Below, in pieces: positions 62,644-64,000 of a stretch of DNA of 64,000 nucleotides. This DNA comes from a virus. The translations under genes and the position numbers were made by a program. Positions within the stretch are counted from its first letter, which is position 1, and every line of letters starts with the position of its first letter. The stretch is taken from positions 1 to 64,000 of IMG/VR virus record IMGVR_UViG_3300002920_000014, one strand, 5' to 3'. The notes below the pieces were generated by a model. It ran no database searches. It saw only the letters and a program-made list of their open reading frames with translations, and was not told the DNA's origin.

Positions 62644-64000
62644 CGATGACTGACGACATTCGTATTAAGCAAGCGAATAACGCTCAACGTATTGCAAACG
62701 AGAATATTACAAAGTCTCTCTTTGGTTCTGATTTTTCTATTGTTACTCCTAAGACAATGCTTAGTGTTGGCGGTAAATTGAGAGACAAGTTGTTTGAATA
62801 CCCAATTATACCTGGTGCTATGTGGGTGTATCAACAGCTTGTGTCTTCTCGTGAATGGGTGATTAGCGGCCATCCGAGAACACTACCAAGAGCGGTTGAG
62901 TTTATACAAAAAGCTCAGGCGATTAACACTAATACTGGGTTTGTTGAGTATGGGTTTGAAAATGTTTTAAAAAGAATGGCACTTGACTTTATAGCTGTTG
63001 GTAGAATTACGTTGGCGGTATCTGGATCTAAGTCTAATTATCATTTAGAGTATTTAGATCCAGTCAGGCTTAGTTTTGATAGAAGTTATAATAAAAACTC
63101 TGGAATTAAAGGGGTGTATAGCAACCCCGTAAAGCCCAATGACACTGTGTGGCGTTATGTGGAAGGCGTTACTTTTAAAGCTAAAGATGTTGTTGTCAGT
63201 CATTCTATGCCTATTGGAGATAGTCAATTTATTGCTCCGTTTACTTACCTTTTGCCGGTAGCTAATCTGGCTTGGCTAATTCAACAACACGACACAGCGG
63301 CTCTTGATGGTAGGAAGATAAGAGACATTTTGCTCGTGGGTAACGCTTCTATTGAAAACGCAATTAGAGATGCTATTAATACACAGATTGCGTTGTGGAG
63401 TGGGGCTAATCCAGAAGAAGTTGGCATACCTGTTATACAGGTGAATAACCTCAGTGGCGGTCCTATTTCAAATAATGTATCGAGGTTAGGTATCAGCGAA
63501 ATACCAGAAGCTTTTAACAGAACGGATTTTATATTTTACTACGTCAATCAAATTGCTTCTGTATTTGGTCTTGCTCTGCGTCATTTTTGGAACGATGAGC
63601 GTACGACTAACAAAGCGTTGGAAGTGGTTCAAGAACAGAGACAGCAGCAGAAAGGCCCAGCTTATTTTGTAAGAAGTATGCAAAGACTTATAAATTCTTC
63701 AGGGTTTCTTGATACGTTCACACACGTTGGTAAAGTTCCTAAGTTTGGTTTTATAGAAGAGGTGGATACTAACAGTCTTCTTGAACGTGCAGAGGTTATG
63801 AAATCAAATAGTGAGGCTTTAGAGAAACTCGTATCTGTTTTTGGAGCTTATATAGATCCAGAAGATTACTTTGCTTGGATGCAATCTGTAGGGGTGTTTC
63901 CTTATGAGCTTAAGCTGTCGAAGACTAAGCGTTCTGTAGACGCTGTTAATCCAGATTCCTTTAATACAATTGGTCAAGACGGCGTTAGAGTTGGGTCTTC
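62640..64000 (+). CDS. portal protein candidate (partial; runs off the window end)
   Basis: I translated this frame by hand from the ATG at 62640 (ATGA overlap with the upstream stop) to 64000 and found no stop codon. It is not in the ORF track, presumably because it is open-ended. The portal call is based only on position downstream of the terminase genes and on size. Confidence 0.45.
   Translation, partial: MTMTDDIRIKQANNAQRIANENITKSLFGSDFSIVTPKTMLSVGGKLRDKLFEYPIIPGAMWVYQQLVSSREWVISGHPRTLPRAVEFIQKAQAINTNTGFVEYGFENVLKRMALDFIAVGRITLAVSGSKSNYHLEYLDPVRLSFDRSYNKNSGIKGVYSNPVKPNDTVWRYVEGVTFKAKDVVVSHSMPIGDSQFIAPFTYLLPVANLAWLIQQHDTAALDGRKIRDILLVGNASIENAIRDAINTQIALWSGANPEEVGIPVIQVNNLSGGPISNNVSRLGISEIPEAFNRTDFIFYYVNQIASVFGLALRHFWNDERTTNKALEVVQEQRQQQKGPAYFVRSMQRLINSSGFLDTFTHVGKVPKFGFIEEVDTNSLLERAEVMKSNSEALEKLVSVFGAYIDPEDYFAWMQSVGVFPYELKLSKTKRSVDAVNPDSFNTIGQDGVRVGS

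Noticed and set aside
1-64000. The window read as a prophage or lysogeny-capable element.
   Set aside because: No integrase, excisionase, CI-like repressor or flanking bacterial genes are visible in this window. This cannot be excluded for parts of the genome outside it.

Overview
This window reads as a tailed, siphovirus-like dsDNA phage genome segment, AT-rich by eye. No integrase or repressor is visible. The layout is as follows. (1) 1-22.0 kb, + strand: virion and tail module. It is dominated by a 3636-aa tape-measure protein with two internal repeat families. It is followed by Dit/Tal-like genes and five consecutive paralogous fibre-like genes. (2) 22.0-49.7 kb, - strand: replication and nucleotide-metabolism genes plus many small acidic early-type ORFs. 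Recognisable products are a family A DNA polymerase, an SF2 helicase, a Toprim primase fused to a P-loop ATPase, a DEDDh exonuclease, ThyX, a C5 methyltransferase, an NPPF methyltransferase, a P-loop kinase, a RusA-like protein and a metallophosphoesterase. A 3-tRNA cluster lies at 48.07-48.81 kb. (3) About 49.7-55.9 kb, - strand: a visibly GC-rich island, which is the most unusual part of the window. It carries three D-arm-less tRNA-like modules (two sit behind an identical 68-nt promoter-like block; all three head small genes), an ~0.8 kb hairpin-dense non-coding stretch downstream of a good sigma70-type promoter, eight iteron-like tandem repeats, a 172-bp nested palindrome in an AT-rich patch, a GC-hairpin repeat family, and a diverged paralog of a backbone gene. 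(4) 55.9-64 kb, + strand: packaging-side module with a TerS candidate, TerL, a Dam-like methyltransferase, an ETEP-repeat HTH protein, a TM+PAS-like protein and a partial portal candidate. All functional calls rest on motifs read by eye from the ORF translations. No database search was run.
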